In this document: piece by piece, positions 9,601-19,021 of the stretch
How the letters are laid out: every line of letters starts with the position of its first letter
Numbering within the stretch: position 1 is the first letter of the stretch
Origin: an uncultured virus (IMG/VR IMGVR_UViG_3300034200_001961)
Taxonomy: Duplodnaviria > Heunggongvirae > Uroviricota > Caudoviricetes
Reading direction: 5' to 3' (one strand)
Virus record (IMG/VR): IMGVR_UViG_3300034200_001961
DNA: 64,000 nt
Made by a program: the position numbers and the translations under genes
Notes under the pieces: generated by a model
The model's input: the letters and a program-made list of their open reading frames with translations, nothing else
Told to the model about the DNA's origin: nothing
Database searches by the model: none

Positions 9601-12089
9601 AACCCCGCGCCGCTCCGATTCAATACCTTCCCGCGGGGCCTCCTGCAAGCTCGCCAGCAGGAGCTGAGCCTGCCGAGGCAGGCGCGGCCACCCCCGACCT
9701 GGCTTTCAACCGGGTCCTGTTGTTCGCCCGGATGAACGGCAGCGACAACGTCTTCCGCGACAGCGGCCCTTACGACCACAGCCTAATCCCCTTCGGCAAC
9801 GTCACACAAATCCCTGGCGGCAAATGGGACGGCAGCCAGGGGGCCTTCGACTCTTTTGGCGACTGGGTAGAGGTGCCTGCCAACCCCGTGCTGGCCCTGG
9901 GGACAGGCGACTTTACGATTTCGATGTGGGCAAAGCGCACCGGCGAAGGCCAAGAAGCCGACTTCTTCCAGGCCCTGCTGGACAGCCGGACTACCGAGCC
10001 TGAATCTCAGTTCTGCCTGCGCATCAACCGCAGCGTCACCGGCCGGCAGTTGTGCCTCTATGTCGGTGGGGCAATTCGAATCTTGGGCCAGCCCATGGCC
10101 ATCAACGTTCGCTACCACGTCGCAGTGGTTCGCAGGAGCGGGATCACCTCTCTCTACATGAACGGGGTTCCTGCCGGCAACACCTGGGCTGATGCCACCA
10201 ACTACACCAGCACCAGCTGGACGATTGGCCGAGCCCGGTTTGCTGCAGGAGCCGACCAGTGGTACTTCCAGGGCCACTTAAACGATGTCCGGATTGAGCG
10301 CGGTGCGCTCTACGACGGTGCCTTCATTCCTCCGACCGCTCCGACCGGATCCCCTCCATCGGCTACGGCACGCTACTGGCGGCTAGTGGATTTGCGCCCC
10401 TACCAAGGCTCAAGCGGCGTCTTTTCGCTTTCTGAGATTGCGTTGCATCGGGGCCGCGACCGGCTGCCTGGAACCACCACGACCAGCCTGCCGGCGCCCA
10501 GCTCCGGTCTGCTGGTCAGCACTCAAGACTTAAGCGCCACCTTGAACTGCGACTGGGGCCGGGCCCCTATGGAGCAGATCGGCAGCTGGATTCAAATCGA
10601 TGCCGGCGCACCTGTCACAGCCGACGGCTTGCGCCTCGCCACGGCCGGGCAGTCTGCCCAGGGCGTCTCAGGTTTCACGCTGCAATATTCCAGTGACGGG
10701 GCCAACTGGGCCACCCTGGGGCATGTCGCCAGCATCCCGCTAAGCGATTCAGTTCTAGGCCCTCGGCTGGGTTTCGTGCCCCTGCCCGGGCCGCCCACCG
10801 ACATTGTTGATGCTGATTTTGATCGCGTCGTTCTCCTGCTGCGCGGCAATATACCCAACGCTCTTGCAACTGACAGCGGCCCCAGAAGATTGACGGTCGA
10901 CAACGTCAATGTTTCAGCCAGCGCGATCGAAAGCGCTCAAGGCGGGCAAAGCATGCTGTTCAGTGCTGCCAGCGGCTCCTACTTGACCCTGGGCGCGACC
11001 GGCGGTGATACGGGCCGGCGCTCGGTGTACTTCTCTTTCGGGGCTGGTGCCCTGACGGTTGAGATGGACATTTTTCCGTTGACGGTCCCGGCCAACTATT
11101 TCTCGCTGTTTAATACCAATGCCATTGGTGATTCGGCCAGCTACGCCAACGGTTTTCAGTGGGTCTTGACAAGCGCAATGAAGCTAGATCTTTACATCAA
11201 TGGAGCATTCCGTGGCGTTTCACTAGGGTCAGTTAGCCTGCGTCAATGGAGCCGACTGCGCTTAAGCCGCGACTCTACCGGCATTTGGCGGTACAACATC
11301 AATGGCGTGGTCGATTCAACCACTTTTGCTAATACGGTCGACCTATCGAGCCGCGCCTTCACGATTGGCCGGGACGGGGCCGACACCGGCGCTCCCTACT
11401 TCTACAACGGCTACATGGACGAGGTGAAGGTCACCCGCGGACTGGCTCGCGGCAATACGATACGCATCACCAATCTTGCCTGGACACCGAGCGCCCGAGG
11501 ACGCCTGATTGGGGGCTTGGTCACGGGGCGGGCCATGCACAGTATCCTGTTCGCCCGCGGGCGACTGAGCGGAACGCTGGCTACCGTGGCTGTAGATGGC
11601 TCGCAAAGCGCAGCATCTATCACCAGCCTGCCTGACGCAAGCCTGCCGCTGACTGGGTTCGAGCGAGTTGCGATGGACCAGGCCGGAGCGACCGTATCGG
11701 CCGGGGGGTTTGTGACAGGCCAGACATACCGGATCGCCGGTGTTGGGTCCACCGATTTCAGGCCGATCGGGGCCGCCTCCAACACGATTGGTCTGATCTT
11801 CAAGGCCACAGGCCCAGGGACAGGCAACGGCACTGCGGTCGTAATCAGGACCGTGGACGCAGCAATCCGAGACATCGCTGGCCTTGCCGCGGCGGCCAGT
11901 GTCGTTGAATTTGACACCACGGGCACCCCAAACACGATTTACGTCGGGCGAGCTCCTGTCGGCACGGACCGGACAGCGGCGGGCTGGACGGTAGAGCGGA
12001 CTACTTTTACGGCTCAAGGCATTAAAGTGGGCGAGACGCTGACTGCCACCGGCGCCTGGACTGCACGAACTTCTCTCGCCTACGCCTGA
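6681..12089 (+). CDS. Large tail fibre/receptor-binding protein with about three LamG/concanavalin-A-like domains
   Basis: 1802 aa; repeated FTIE/FTISMW...WSHVAL/YHVAVVR...GFMADIRITKG/GHLNDVRI/GYMDEVKVTRG LamG motifs; ARYWRL...FTLQYSSDGANW discoidin-like segment. Confidence 0.85.
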   Translation: MTNWSQDGAPSFNRPELVRFDSLRDSKDLGAITDIKAHLSGFIGAEAGSQSLFFSFQLLVPGAIQVQTVTGSKWTARFVSASLRSESGSIGLDDRGNARGVDIVNSIDADEALAPFPPGKYTVVVSCSQWQSTPFELVLRVNPTTRLHADITGRGGLGRYTRLRVAVARLSGALTGLGQLRAPGSGLFSGRRDRPLVGGFLAGGGALTGKLSIREPLRSLSGAFLAGRGGLGASTVVSSNLGPRMWASRLVTPTETADSASYASVALSEADYSLHAFYYLPPGSPSSQRRLAVTYRAPNGQVLWSRLTDIYCLTNDTQGWKVLALTGGDFLLFSQSQAAFGGLLAIRIGRDGVIAWKRQFGARINPVIIGGSNNGSEIEQISDAALQPSLNRVTFAVVIGGFTPGYITLDLNTGAAVSARALSGGTMQTGHIVFFDSGVTLNAPLIKADGRFILTGSKRGQPAYTWTVECDSNLTGVKTFYKYTDGTSLVFDGSAVLHTDGSVTIVGSTQISNGSRASLDSTLLQLAPDLTIRRRVTGAGDSVLSGQAALAATDTLGALHYGNSYGLYSRDYEGDLTYRHTTFVGLPGRIDQISVTKPGPWFNIASQWGILATSTAPNQPALGTVVVGFEVDMAPTTVANGLNYSITIGTSENVPQARQVVPAVVALDLDENDGGIVPIAFVSLIVVLNTSTPTWNPVFADASSILAWELTSSTIRRGISSGFPQLAIKPDPAIEPDPLAQFVVFHLPGTGIPDTNFFVDHSRFAHQPIPLGNVRYSTEQALYPDLGGFFERTSIRFDGTEDAIAYAPSPAFRFGRENFTIETKIFRLNSNPCILFSNSQVSDPGAHSNSFYLALDADGILEIFSIGRGRLSPVNSRSPRRTVPYGAWSHVALTREDQIWRVHINGQADAAAWRYDLDLSAGALLIGRGTEIPTDGRWSTGNGITVGANYFPFTGFMADIRITKGAARYHRNFQPRAAPIQYLPAGPPASSPAGAEPAEAGAATPDLAFNRVLLFARMNGSDNVFRDSGPYDHSLIPFGNVTQIPGGKWDGSQGAFDSFGDWVEVPANPVLALGTGDFTISMWAKRTGEGQEADFFQALLDSRTTEPESQFCLRINRSVTGRQLCLYVGGAIRILGQPMAINVRYHVAVVRRSGITSLYMNGVPAGNTWADATNYTSTSWTIGRARFAAGADQWYFQGHLNDVRIERGALYDGAFIPPTAPTGSPPSATARYWRLVDLRPYQGSSGVFSLSEIALHRGRDRLPGTTTTSLPAPSSGLLVSTQDLSATLNCDWGRAPMEQIGSWIQIDAGAPVTADGLRLATAGQSAQGVSGFTLQYSSDGANWATLGHVASIPLSDSVLGPRLGFVPLPGPPTDIVDADFDRVVLLLRGNIPNALATDSGPRRLTVDNVNVSASAIESAQGGQSMLFSAASGSYLTLGATGGDTGRRSVYFSFGAGALTVEMDIFPLTVPANYFSLFNTNAIGDSASYANGFQWVLTSAMKLDLYINGAFRGVSLGSVSLRQWSRLRLSRDSTGIWRYNINGVVDSTTFANTVDLSSRAFTIGRDGADTGAPYFYNGYMDEVKVTRGLARGNTIRITNLAWTPSARGRLIGGLVTGRAMHSILFARGRLSGTLATVAVDGSQSAASITSLPDASLPLTGFERVAMDQAGATVSAGGFVTGQTYRIAGVGSTDFRPIGAASNTIGLIFKATGPGTGNGTAVVIRTVDAAIRDIAGLAAAASVVEFDTTGTPNTIYVGRAPVGTDRTAAGWTVERTTFTAQGIKVGETLTATGAWTARTSLAYA

Positions 12090-12092
12090 GCC

Positions 12093-15000
12093 TTGGCCAA
12101 CCAGACGGTCACCACCGCCGTCAATTATGACGCTGCATCGATCAGCGGCTTGCTTGATGGTGAACTCATCACGGTCAACGGCGGGTCGCTGACAATCAAC
12201 GCGGACACGCGCTGGAACCAGCAGGCGGCGGTCTTCGGAAACATCACTGTTTCATCTACGCTCGGCGGCGTGGTGGCGATTGATGGTACGCAGGTTTGGG
12301 AAGTGCCTTTCTCTGTGGCCGTGGGGCTAGTCCCAACACAAGCTGCCCTTGGGTCCAACACGGTCACAGGAGGCACCAGCGGCGCGACAGGCGAGTTGAC
12401 TCGTGTATGGGCCAGCGGATCGTTCACCCCGGCTGCGGCGGGCGCTGTAATGCCTCTGGCGGGCTTTATCAAGCTGCGATCCAAGACTGGCAACTTTCAA
12501 GCGGGTGAAACCATTACACTGCCGGGCGGGGCCACGATTGTTGCTGCCAATACGGGCAAGCGGAGTTGGATTCATGTTGTCGGTGAGGCAAACAGAATCT
12601 TGCTTATGCCCCGTCTGGCAAGCGTGCCGATCACTGGCGACTGGTACGCCCTTGGCGCAACCGATGGCACCGACAGCCAGACAATCCAAATGCCGGTGCG
12701 GGATGAATTTCCGGCTGTGCAGATCGAGACATCACCGGGGTCGGGTGTTTACGAATGGTGGGCCAACGCGGCAGACGCTTGGAACGGCTGGTATCCGAAC
12801 AATGACAACTGGACGCTGACAAACGCCACCATCACGCGAAACGCAGTGGCAGGACCGGCAAATTATCCGGCAGGCGACAGGCTGCGGGAAACGACCGCAA
12901 ACGGCAACCACCTAGTCACCGGGATAAACCTGCAATCCGCGCAAATGGACGCCGGGTCTTACACGCACGAGGCCATTGTCAAATCTGACGGACGGCAGTG
13001 GTGCGTGGTGCAAATATCCACCAACGGCGGCGCTGATCGGTACGGCGCGCTTGTCGATCTGTCGGCTGGCACGATTATCGCCAACCCCAGTGTCGGTAGC
13101 CCGACGGGTGTTTCTTCCTCAATCACATCATTGGACAGCGGTTATTATCAAGTCAATGTGACGCTGACTCATGTTACTGGCGATCTGAGGAGTTTCGTGG
13201 CAATCGCCGACTCGGCAACCCCAACCTATACAACCGGCTTGCCCACCTACACCGGCAACACGGGGCAGGGCATCATCCTTGGGTTTTCGACCGTCAAACA
13301 GGCCACACACGCTTTCATTTCGACAGACGCTCGGGGCAAGTTCTTTTACTCGGACCCCTTTGCTGGAACCATTCAACTTGCCAAGCGCGGGTCAAACAAC
13401 GCTGGCCTGAAACCTGCGAGCGGTTGCGCTATTCGGATTCCAAACATTATCCTCGGAACGTCTTCTTCGGGTGACTACACGTCGCAACACTTGTCGTCCA
13501 CAACCGGGTCAAACGCCGGGGTCGCACGCTACGCCTTTGGTGTGACAAACGCTGTCGTAGATTTTGACAAGGTATCCTGCAACTGGTCACTTAACGGCAA
13601 CGCTCCGACCTCTTGGAAAGTGCAAAACTCAGGCTGGAGCCTAGTGATCTCGTTGCTCAATTTCTACTCGGAAATCAGGAACGTCTGCATTGCCCCCACG
13701 CTTTACACAAGGCTGGTCGCCAATGGCGCATACACCCACCAAAATAGTGCCAATGCGTATATGTATGATAGCCGCGTAGTGTCGCGTGGGCAAGGGGCTC
13801 AAGTTTATACTGCCACGGCGTGCGCAAATATCAACGCATACAGAACCAGTTTTGAGTCGATCGGACCAAATCAAGGTAAAGCAATTCGCAGCCCATTCCA
13901 CGGAATCGCCGCTCAGGTGCAGTCTGCGGGCGGGGAATTTGTGGACTGCACGACTATTGGTGGGCGTTCGACATTCAACGCGCAAAACTTTCTTGTCAAG
14001 AACCTGACGTATTGTGACTACATGATCGGCACAACTACGGCTGTAGCTTCTACGGCAATCGGGGTGCAGGGGACAAGCATCACGGTTGACAATATCCTGC
14101 CATTTCCGGGGGTGGCAAACAATCACCCCTTTACGGAGTACGTGGTTACGACCGGATTTATTGCCAACCTTGTGCTGAAGAATATCGGCAGTCCGACATC
14201 CCCGCTGAACGTTGGCACTGTAAATCCTTGCGGGGCTGTACTTACTCAGGGCGCTGCGGGAACAACAGCCGAAGTGCGGCGCGTCTATACAACAAACCTT
14301 CGCCTCGGTGTGGTTTCGACGGCTGCTGCCAACCCGGTTTTGAATCTGTTTGATGTCTGGGGTGATGGAACAACGCCGCAAACCCTGGCGACGGCAAACA
14401 TCAACTCGCGTGGGGGGCGGTGGACAAACCAGCGCGGGGCAAACGCGGTATGTACGGGTTCCCATTGGGACGACGCCTATAACTCAACCACTACTGGCCG
14501 CATAACGATTAGCGGCAACGAACCATCTGTTGCTTCGGCGGCTCAATGTTCTTTCACGCTCGGCACAGGCTCAGGGTTTAACGGCAACGGCTCGGTTGTT
14601 ATCTCGCGCCTGACTGACGTGGTGACTTGGACAACCCCCTATAAGATGTACGGTCACAATGCCTTCGCAGGCGGCTGTGCGCTTCTGGGCACCGACTGCC
14701 AGAACCTGATCTTTGAGTACAAGGTCGATACAGGGTCGGGTTTCGGCGGATCGTGGGCTTTTTTGGCAAACACTGTGCGCCGGGCAGGTGGCGGGACAAG
14801 CGGGACGAATACGGTCACAGTCACAACGGCGGATCGAACTGCACTTACGCGCCAGCCCCAAGTGGGGGATTTTGTGCAAACAGGTTCTTTCCGACTGCCC
14901 GCCAATACGACCGTTACGAACATCTCGGGCGATGTCATCACCTGCTCGAACAACTTCACGGCCAACCTTACGACCAGTGAGTTTGTGACCTTCTCGCCGG

Positions 15001-15401
15001 TCAACGTGGCTGTCAGCGCAGCCAATGGATATGCTTTGCAAGTCCGCACCTACCCAACCGCAGCGGCTACTACAACGCTGCTGACGGCCTTCACAATGGG
15101 ATTGCAGACCGACGCCACGGCGCAGCAAATCCCGCATCCGCTTCCGGGGTCATTGGTAAACATCACCAATCTTGTCCCGCAATCGCGGGTGAAGGTCAGC
15201 CGGGTGGACACCGGCGTAACCTTGCAGCAAGCATCGTGTGGCGCAAGTACAAGTCTGGCCTTTGATTTTCAGTACACAGGCGCGGTGGAGGTGGAGGCGC
15301 GAAACACGGGCGGCACTCCAACGTATGAGCCGTGGGTGACACAAGTCACCATTTCACCTGCGACGCCGACAAACATCGCCGCGCTTCAAGAACCCGACTA
15401 A
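12093..15401 (+). CDS. Tail fibre/tail spike-like protein
   Basis: 1102-aa Thr/Gly/Asn-rich beta-strand composition, TTG start directly after the fibre gene. Confidence 0.7.
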   Translation: MANQTVTTAVNYDAASISGLLDGELITVNGGSLTINADTRWNQQAAVFGNITVSSTLGGVVAIDGTQVWEVPFSVAVGLVPTQAALGSNTVTGGTSGATGELTRVWASGSFTPAAAGAVMPLAGFIKLRSKTGNFQAGETITLPGGATIVAANTGKRSWIHVVGEANRILLMPRLASVPITGDWYALGATDGTDSQTIQMPVRDEFPAVQIETSPGSGVYEWWANAADAWNGWYPNNDNWTLTNATITRNAVAGPANYPAGDRLRETTANGNHLVTGINLQSAQMDAGSYTHEAIVKSDGRQWCVVQISTNGGADRYGALVDLSAGTIIANPSVGSPTGVSSSITSLDSGYYQVNVTLTHVTGDLRSFVAIADSATPTYTTGLPTYTGNTGQGIILGFSTVKQATHAFISTDARGKFFYSDPFAGTIQLAKRGSNNAGLKPASGCAIRIPNIILGTSSSGDYTSQHLSSTTGSNAGVARYAFGVTNAVVDFDKVSCNWSLNGNAPTSWKVQNSGWSLVISLLNFYSEIRNVCIAPTLYTRLVANGAYTHQNSANAYMYDSRVVSRGQGAQVYTATACANINAYRTSFESIGPNQGKAIRSPFHGIAAQVQSAGGEFVDCTTIGGRSTFNAQNFLVKNLTYCDYMIGTTTAVASTAIGVQGTSITVDNILPFPGVANNHPFTEYVVTTGFIANLVLKNIGSPTSPLNVGTVNPCGAVLTQGAAGTTAEVRRVYTTNLRLGVVSTAAANPVLNLFDVWGDGTTPQTLATANINSRGGRWTNQRGANAVCTGSHWDDAYNSTTTGRITISGNEPSVASAAQCSFTLGTGSGFNGNGSVVISRLTDVVTWTTPYKMYGHNAFAGGCALLGTDCQNLIFEYKVDTGSGFGGSWAFLANTVRRAGGGTSGTNTVTVTTADRTALTRQPQVGDFVQTGSFRLPANTTVTNISGDVITCSNNFTANLTTSEFVTFSPVNVAVSAANGYALQVRTYPTAAATTTLLTAFTMGLQTDATAQQIPHPLPGSLVNITNLVPQSRVKVSRVDTGVTLQQASCGASTSLAFDFQYTGAVEVEARNTGGTPTYEPWVTQVTISPATPTNIAALQEPD

Positions 15402-15412
15402 AGGAAAACCCC

Positions 15413-16855
15413 ATGCCTATCGCAACCGATTTCACCGTCTCCCCAGCCGGCGACATTCGCCGCCAAGCGGGCGCCAGCACGGAGGTCTACTCCGTGCTGG
15501 CGCTGCACGCATGGTTGCAGGCCTCAGCGTACCAGGAAGCAGCAACAGGCGATGACTTTTTGGATATTTACACGCCAAACCCTTCAAAACTGGACGGCCC
15601 ACGCGATACAGCCGTTGCTTCGCGCCTGAACTTGCTTACAAAGGGGTCGGTCGCGTACAACCTGGACGACACAGCGGCGAGGTTTATCAACTTTGGATCG
15701 GTCAAGCAGCAAGGTGCATTTGTTCAATACTCCGGCTTCAGGACCATTGGCGGCATCGTGGCCGCCAGCCCAATCTATGTGGTGCAAAGCGGTTCAAAGC
15801 TGACGAAGTTCTGGGCCAATGGCCATGTGCAGATCATAATCAAGGTCAAGACCGCGAACGCCTTTATTGACGGCGGAAACGTTACCGCTTTCAGTCGGAA
15901 ATGGGGCCAAACCTATTCCCACTTCGATGTAAACCTATCGGCCGGGGGCGAGAGTAACGCGGCACTTTCGACCGCGCTTGATGGAAACATCCTATTAACT
16001 GAAGCCCAGGCGGCGGCGCTTTCAACCAAGGTGGCGGTGGCGTTCGGCGACACCACTCAGGATTTAGTGAATGGCAATGGCGCTAAGTTGTATAAAGGCA
16101 CCATCACTCTTTCCAATTCCTGCACATTGCAAGAAGCGTATCAATACTTGCAATACCTTACGCGAGAAGATAGCGCGGCCACGCTAAACGGTATTCCCGG
16201 CTGGCGTTACCGTGTGCTCAATACGGCGTACACCGAAATCCCGGCGGCCCCGTTTGGGACGTTTGCTGGCGGCACCTTCTTCCTGGCGCAGGGCTGGTTC
16301 ATTGCTGGCGTCCTTCCGGCTGAAAGCACGAAATATCAGCTGATCGCGCACGACGGCACCGTACAAGTTCCGCCCACGCTTGCCAGTATTACGATTGGCA
16401 ACCTTGACGTCGGGTACCGAGTGGTGGTGGCTCGTGACGATGGATCAGGTGAAGTCTTGAAGGACGAATACACGCCTGTTGCAGCGGCTGTCGGCGCCAC
16501 GGCTTTAACGGTGGTGGAAAGCATCAAGACCGATACACCTGCGGCGGGCGTGATCCGCATTAAGGGATTGCGTTACACCTACGCTTCTTTTAATGCAGGC
16601 ACCAAGACCTTCTCCGGCCTTTCCCCGACTCTATCGAGCAACATTGTCACAGCAGATGACGTTTTTGTGCCGTTTATTGACCGCATCGCAACCGCAGGGA
16701 CTGAATCGGTATCGTTTATCCATGCCGGCAACTTCAATGCACAGGTGTTGGTCCGCTACGGCGTCGGCGGTTCGCCCATTGAGCCGTATGATACGACCTT
16801 AACTATCACAAGCGCGGGCGGTTCTGTGAACGCAAGTCGCAACAGTGATGTGTGA
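15413..16855 (+). CDS. Virion structural (tail-associated) protein
   Basis: ATG at 15413 preceded by aaggaaaa; 480 aa within the tail operon. Confidence 0.65.
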   Translation: MPIATDFTVSPAGDIRRQAGASTEVYSVLALHAWLQASAYQEAATGDDFLDIYTPNPSKLDGPRDTAVASRLNLLTKGSVAYNLDDTAARFINFGSVKQQGAFVQYSGFRTIGGIVAASPIYVVQSGSKLTKFWANGHVQIIIKVKTANAFIDGGNVTAFSRKWGQTYSHFDVNLSAGGESNAALSTALDGNILLTEAQAAALSTKVAVAFGDTTQDLVNGNGAKLYKGTITLSNSCTLQEAYQYLQYLTREDSAATLNGIPGWRYRVLNTAYTEIPAAPFGTFAGGTFFLAQGWFIAGVLPAESTKYQLIAHDGTVQVPPTLASITIGNLDVGYRVVVARDDGSGEVLKDEYTPVAAAVGATALTVVESIKTDTPAAGVIRIKGLRYTYASFNAGTKTFSGLSPTLSSNIVTADDVFVPFIDRIATAGTESVSFIHAGNFNAQVLVRYGVGGSPIEPYDTTLTITSAGGSVNASRNSDV

Positions 16856-17292
16856 TGTCTTATTACACGGCGCCGTTCACTTTTGATTTTGAGACGTCAC
16901 TCATATACATAGATGAAGGCGTGCCCGACGTCCTCTGTATTCCACTTTATACTGCAATCAAGCTGGCGCAGGCCAGTGAAGAAGGAATCATCTATGACAG
17001 AATCGGCAAAGGATCAGGCCTTACCGTCCTCGGTCCCGACGTTCAGGAAGGCATCACCGTCAAGTTACTGGGGATGTGGCAACTTAAGTTCCCCGCCGGA
17101 AACTACATCGCCCGGGTCGCTGGCGGAAACCTTGTCGGCGGACCCGGAGATGACCCTATCGCCTACTCTCCCGGAGTCCAAACCCTCCTAATCCAGTCAG
17201 CCGCTGCTACCGTAGTGATGACAGGCGGCCAGGGCTCCTGCGCAACTCCCGACCAAGTTGCTGCGATCGTAAAGGGAGCGGTCAATGCGTAG
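16852..17292 (+). CDS. Hypothetical tail-associated protein
   Basis: GTGA overlap with the upstream gene; 146 aa. Confidence 0.6.
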   Translation: MMSYYTAPFTFDFETSLIYIDEGVPDVLCIPLYTAIKLAQASEEGIIYDRIGKGSGLTVLGPDVQEGITVKLLGMWQLKFPAGNYIARVAGGNLVGGPGDDPIAYSPGVQTLLIQSAAATVVMTGGQGSCATPDQVAAIVKGAVNA

Positions 17293-17377
17293 CGACTCTT
17301 CTTGGGGCCGGGCCCAGGACCTTGGCCCGCGGCGCGTCACGTATCTGCCAGAATGAGGGGGAAGCCTCCACTGATCC

Positions 17378-17800
17378 ATGGCGTTTTCCCAGTACATGGC
17401 CACCCAGATACTGAACTGGATGCGCGGCACGGCAATGCCAGCGGCTCCGACCGGCCTGTTCATTACCATTCACAGCGCCAGCCCCACTAATGACGGCTCG
17501 GCGGCCAACATCACCTCTACGGTTACCGGCAACAGCAACCGCATTCAGCTGCCCCAGGCAGACCTGGCCGCGATTACGTCGGTTGGCGGTGGCGGCTTCG
17601 AGAGGCTGAATGCTCAGACAATAATCATCACCAACAGCGCCGTTAATGGCTCCTCGGCGTTTGCCAGTCATGCTGCCGTTTGGGATGCCAATACGGGAGG
17701 CAACCTGCTGCTCCATGACGCACTTTCGGTGGTGACGGAGATCCAGTTTGGCGATCTCGTAAAATTCGATCCCTCGACCTTCTCGCTTCGAGTCATCTGA
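17378..17800 (+). CDS. Small phage tail protein
   Basis: MAFSQYMATQILNW...LFITIHSASP...HAAVWDANTGGNLL matches a widespread small phage tail protein pattern. Confidence 0.7.
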   Translation: MAFSQYMATQILNWMRGTAMPAAPTGLFITIHSASPTNDGSAANITSTVTGNSNRIQLPQADLAAITSVGGGGFERLNAQTIIITNSAVNGSSAFASHAAVWDANTGGNLLLHDALSVVTEIQFGDLVKFDPSTFSLRVI

Positions 17801-17949
17801 TGGCAACTCAAACGAAGACCACCGGCCTGGGCAAGATTTGGCTCCAGGGCGACAAAAAGGACCCCGTGCATCACAAGACCACCCAAGGCAACGGGCGGGG
17901 CAGCCGAGCAAAAGGAAGCCGCAAGCTCAGTCGCGGTCAGGGGCGATAA
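17800..17949 (+). CDS. Small basic cyanophage-type protein (ends RGQGR)
   Basis: Not in the ORF track: MATQTKTTGLGKIWLQGDKKDPVHHKTTQGNGRGSRAKGSRKLSRGQGR, 49 aa, TGATG coupling to the upstream gene. Confidence 0.65.
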   Translation: MATQTKTTGLGKIWLQGDKKDPVHHKTTQGNGRGSRAKGSRKLSRGQGR

Positions 17950-17950
17950 A

Positions 17951-18286
17951 TTGGAACTCTTCCTGGACAAGGCGGTCGGGCCCGAGCGCATCGTCGTCGA
18001 GGTCCGACTGGAGCATGTCGCCATCTGCACAGCACGAGACCTTCGCTGGGTTGCTTGGATGGTCTTCCAGGCGCTCGCCGAAGCCGACGCCCCGGTGACT
18101 TACCTCAATGGCGAGATCTTTGGCGGGAGCAGTCGAAACCTTGAGATCGCCCGCACCCACGATACGGAGCGCCAGGAGGACGTCTACACATGCTCCTGGG
18201 ATGTCGCCACGCCTCTGCTCAATGACCCCGACGTAATTGACCTGGAGATTATTGAGATGCGCTTGGCTCTGCCGGCTGCGGCGTAA
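17951..18286 (+). CDS. Hypothetical protein
   Basis: 111-aa ORF starting 1 nt after the previous stop. Confidence 0.55.
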   Translation: MELFLDKAVGPERIVVEVRLEHVAICTARDLRWVAWMVFQALAEADAPVTYLNGEIFGGSSRNLEIARTHDTERQEDVYTCSWDVATPLLNDPDVIDLEIIEMRLALPAAA

Positions 18287-18521
18287 GGCCGAAGAGGGCC
18301 TGCGCTTGCCGTATCTGCAGCTCCCTGCGCTCCTGCTGATCGGCCTCCCAGGCTTCCACGAGAGACAGCTCCGGCACCTCCTCCCAGTCGCTCCAGGAAC
18401 CTGGGCGAAAAGCTCCATTGACATCCATCGTGCAGCAATGTCGCCACTCCAGTCGGCGCACTTCGTTGCCGTTCCCATCGTCCTGAGCAATAGTTCGCAG
18501 CTGGATCGGGGCTCTGCTCAC
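18249..18521 (-). CDS. Hypothetical protein
   Basis: GTG start overlapping the stop of 18518..18661. Confidence 0.5.
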   Translation of the reverse strand: MSRAPIQLRTIAQDDGNGNEVRRLEWRHCCTMDVNGAFRPGSWSDWEEVPELSLVEAWEADQQERRELQIRQAQALFGLTPQPAEPSASQ

Positions 18522-18661
18522 AGCTTCGTCCTCCGCAGCCATTCGAGCATGATCTCTTCCAGCTGCTGGCTGGATGTCGCGCAGGCGCGAGGATCCTCCA
18601 AGCGCTGTAGGTACCATAGAAGATCACGACAGCTCCGCCCGCGGGCTGAGTCGCCGCTCAT
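18518..18661 (-). CDS. Small hypothetical protein
   Basis: MSGDSARGRSCRDLLWYL..., ATGA coupling with 18658..18993. Confidence 0.45.
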   Translation of the reverse strand: MSGDSARGRSCRDLLWYLQRLEDPRACATSSQQLEEIMLEWLRRTKL

Positions 18662-18993
18662 ACTGCCTCCGGCCTGTCCCGCAGGCAGTGGTGCATGGCC
18701 AGCTTGCGCATGTCCTCCAGGTGACGCTCCGTGGCCGCCAGGGAGCCCGCTGAGCCGCTTCCTTCGCTGGGGCGCAGGCCGCACTGCCAGAGCTGGTCCA
18801 TCAACCCCTGGGCTTCGGTGGAGACCAGGGTGAACAAGGGGCGGTGCGGGAAGCATTGATCGGATGGAAGCGGCTCCATCGCCAGGCCCGTCGCGATCGA
18901 AAAATCGTTTCCTGCTCGACCGCCCAAGCTTCCCAGCTGGAACTCGATGGAGCTCCCCCAGGCGGCGCGTTGGGCGTAGATCTTGAAGGTCAT
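18658..18993 (-). CDS. Hypothetical phage protein
   Basis: MTFKIYAQR...AQGLMDQLWQCGLRPSEGSGSAGSLAATERHLEDMRKL, a pattern common in phage proteins. Confidence 0.65.
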   Translation of the reverse strand: MTFKIYAQRAAWGSSIEFQLGSLGGRAGNDFSIATGLAMEPLPSDQCFPHRPLFTLVSTEAQGLMDQLWQCGLRPSEGSGSAGSLAATERHLEDMRKLAMHHCLRDRPEAV

Positions 18994-19021
18994 GGTCAGC
19001 AATCCCAAGAGGTAGAGGTCG

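Noticed and set aside
6681..15401. Diversity-generating retroelement or invertible tail-fibre cassette
   Set aside because: No reverse transcriptase, invertase, TR/VR pair or flanking inverted repeats were recognised.
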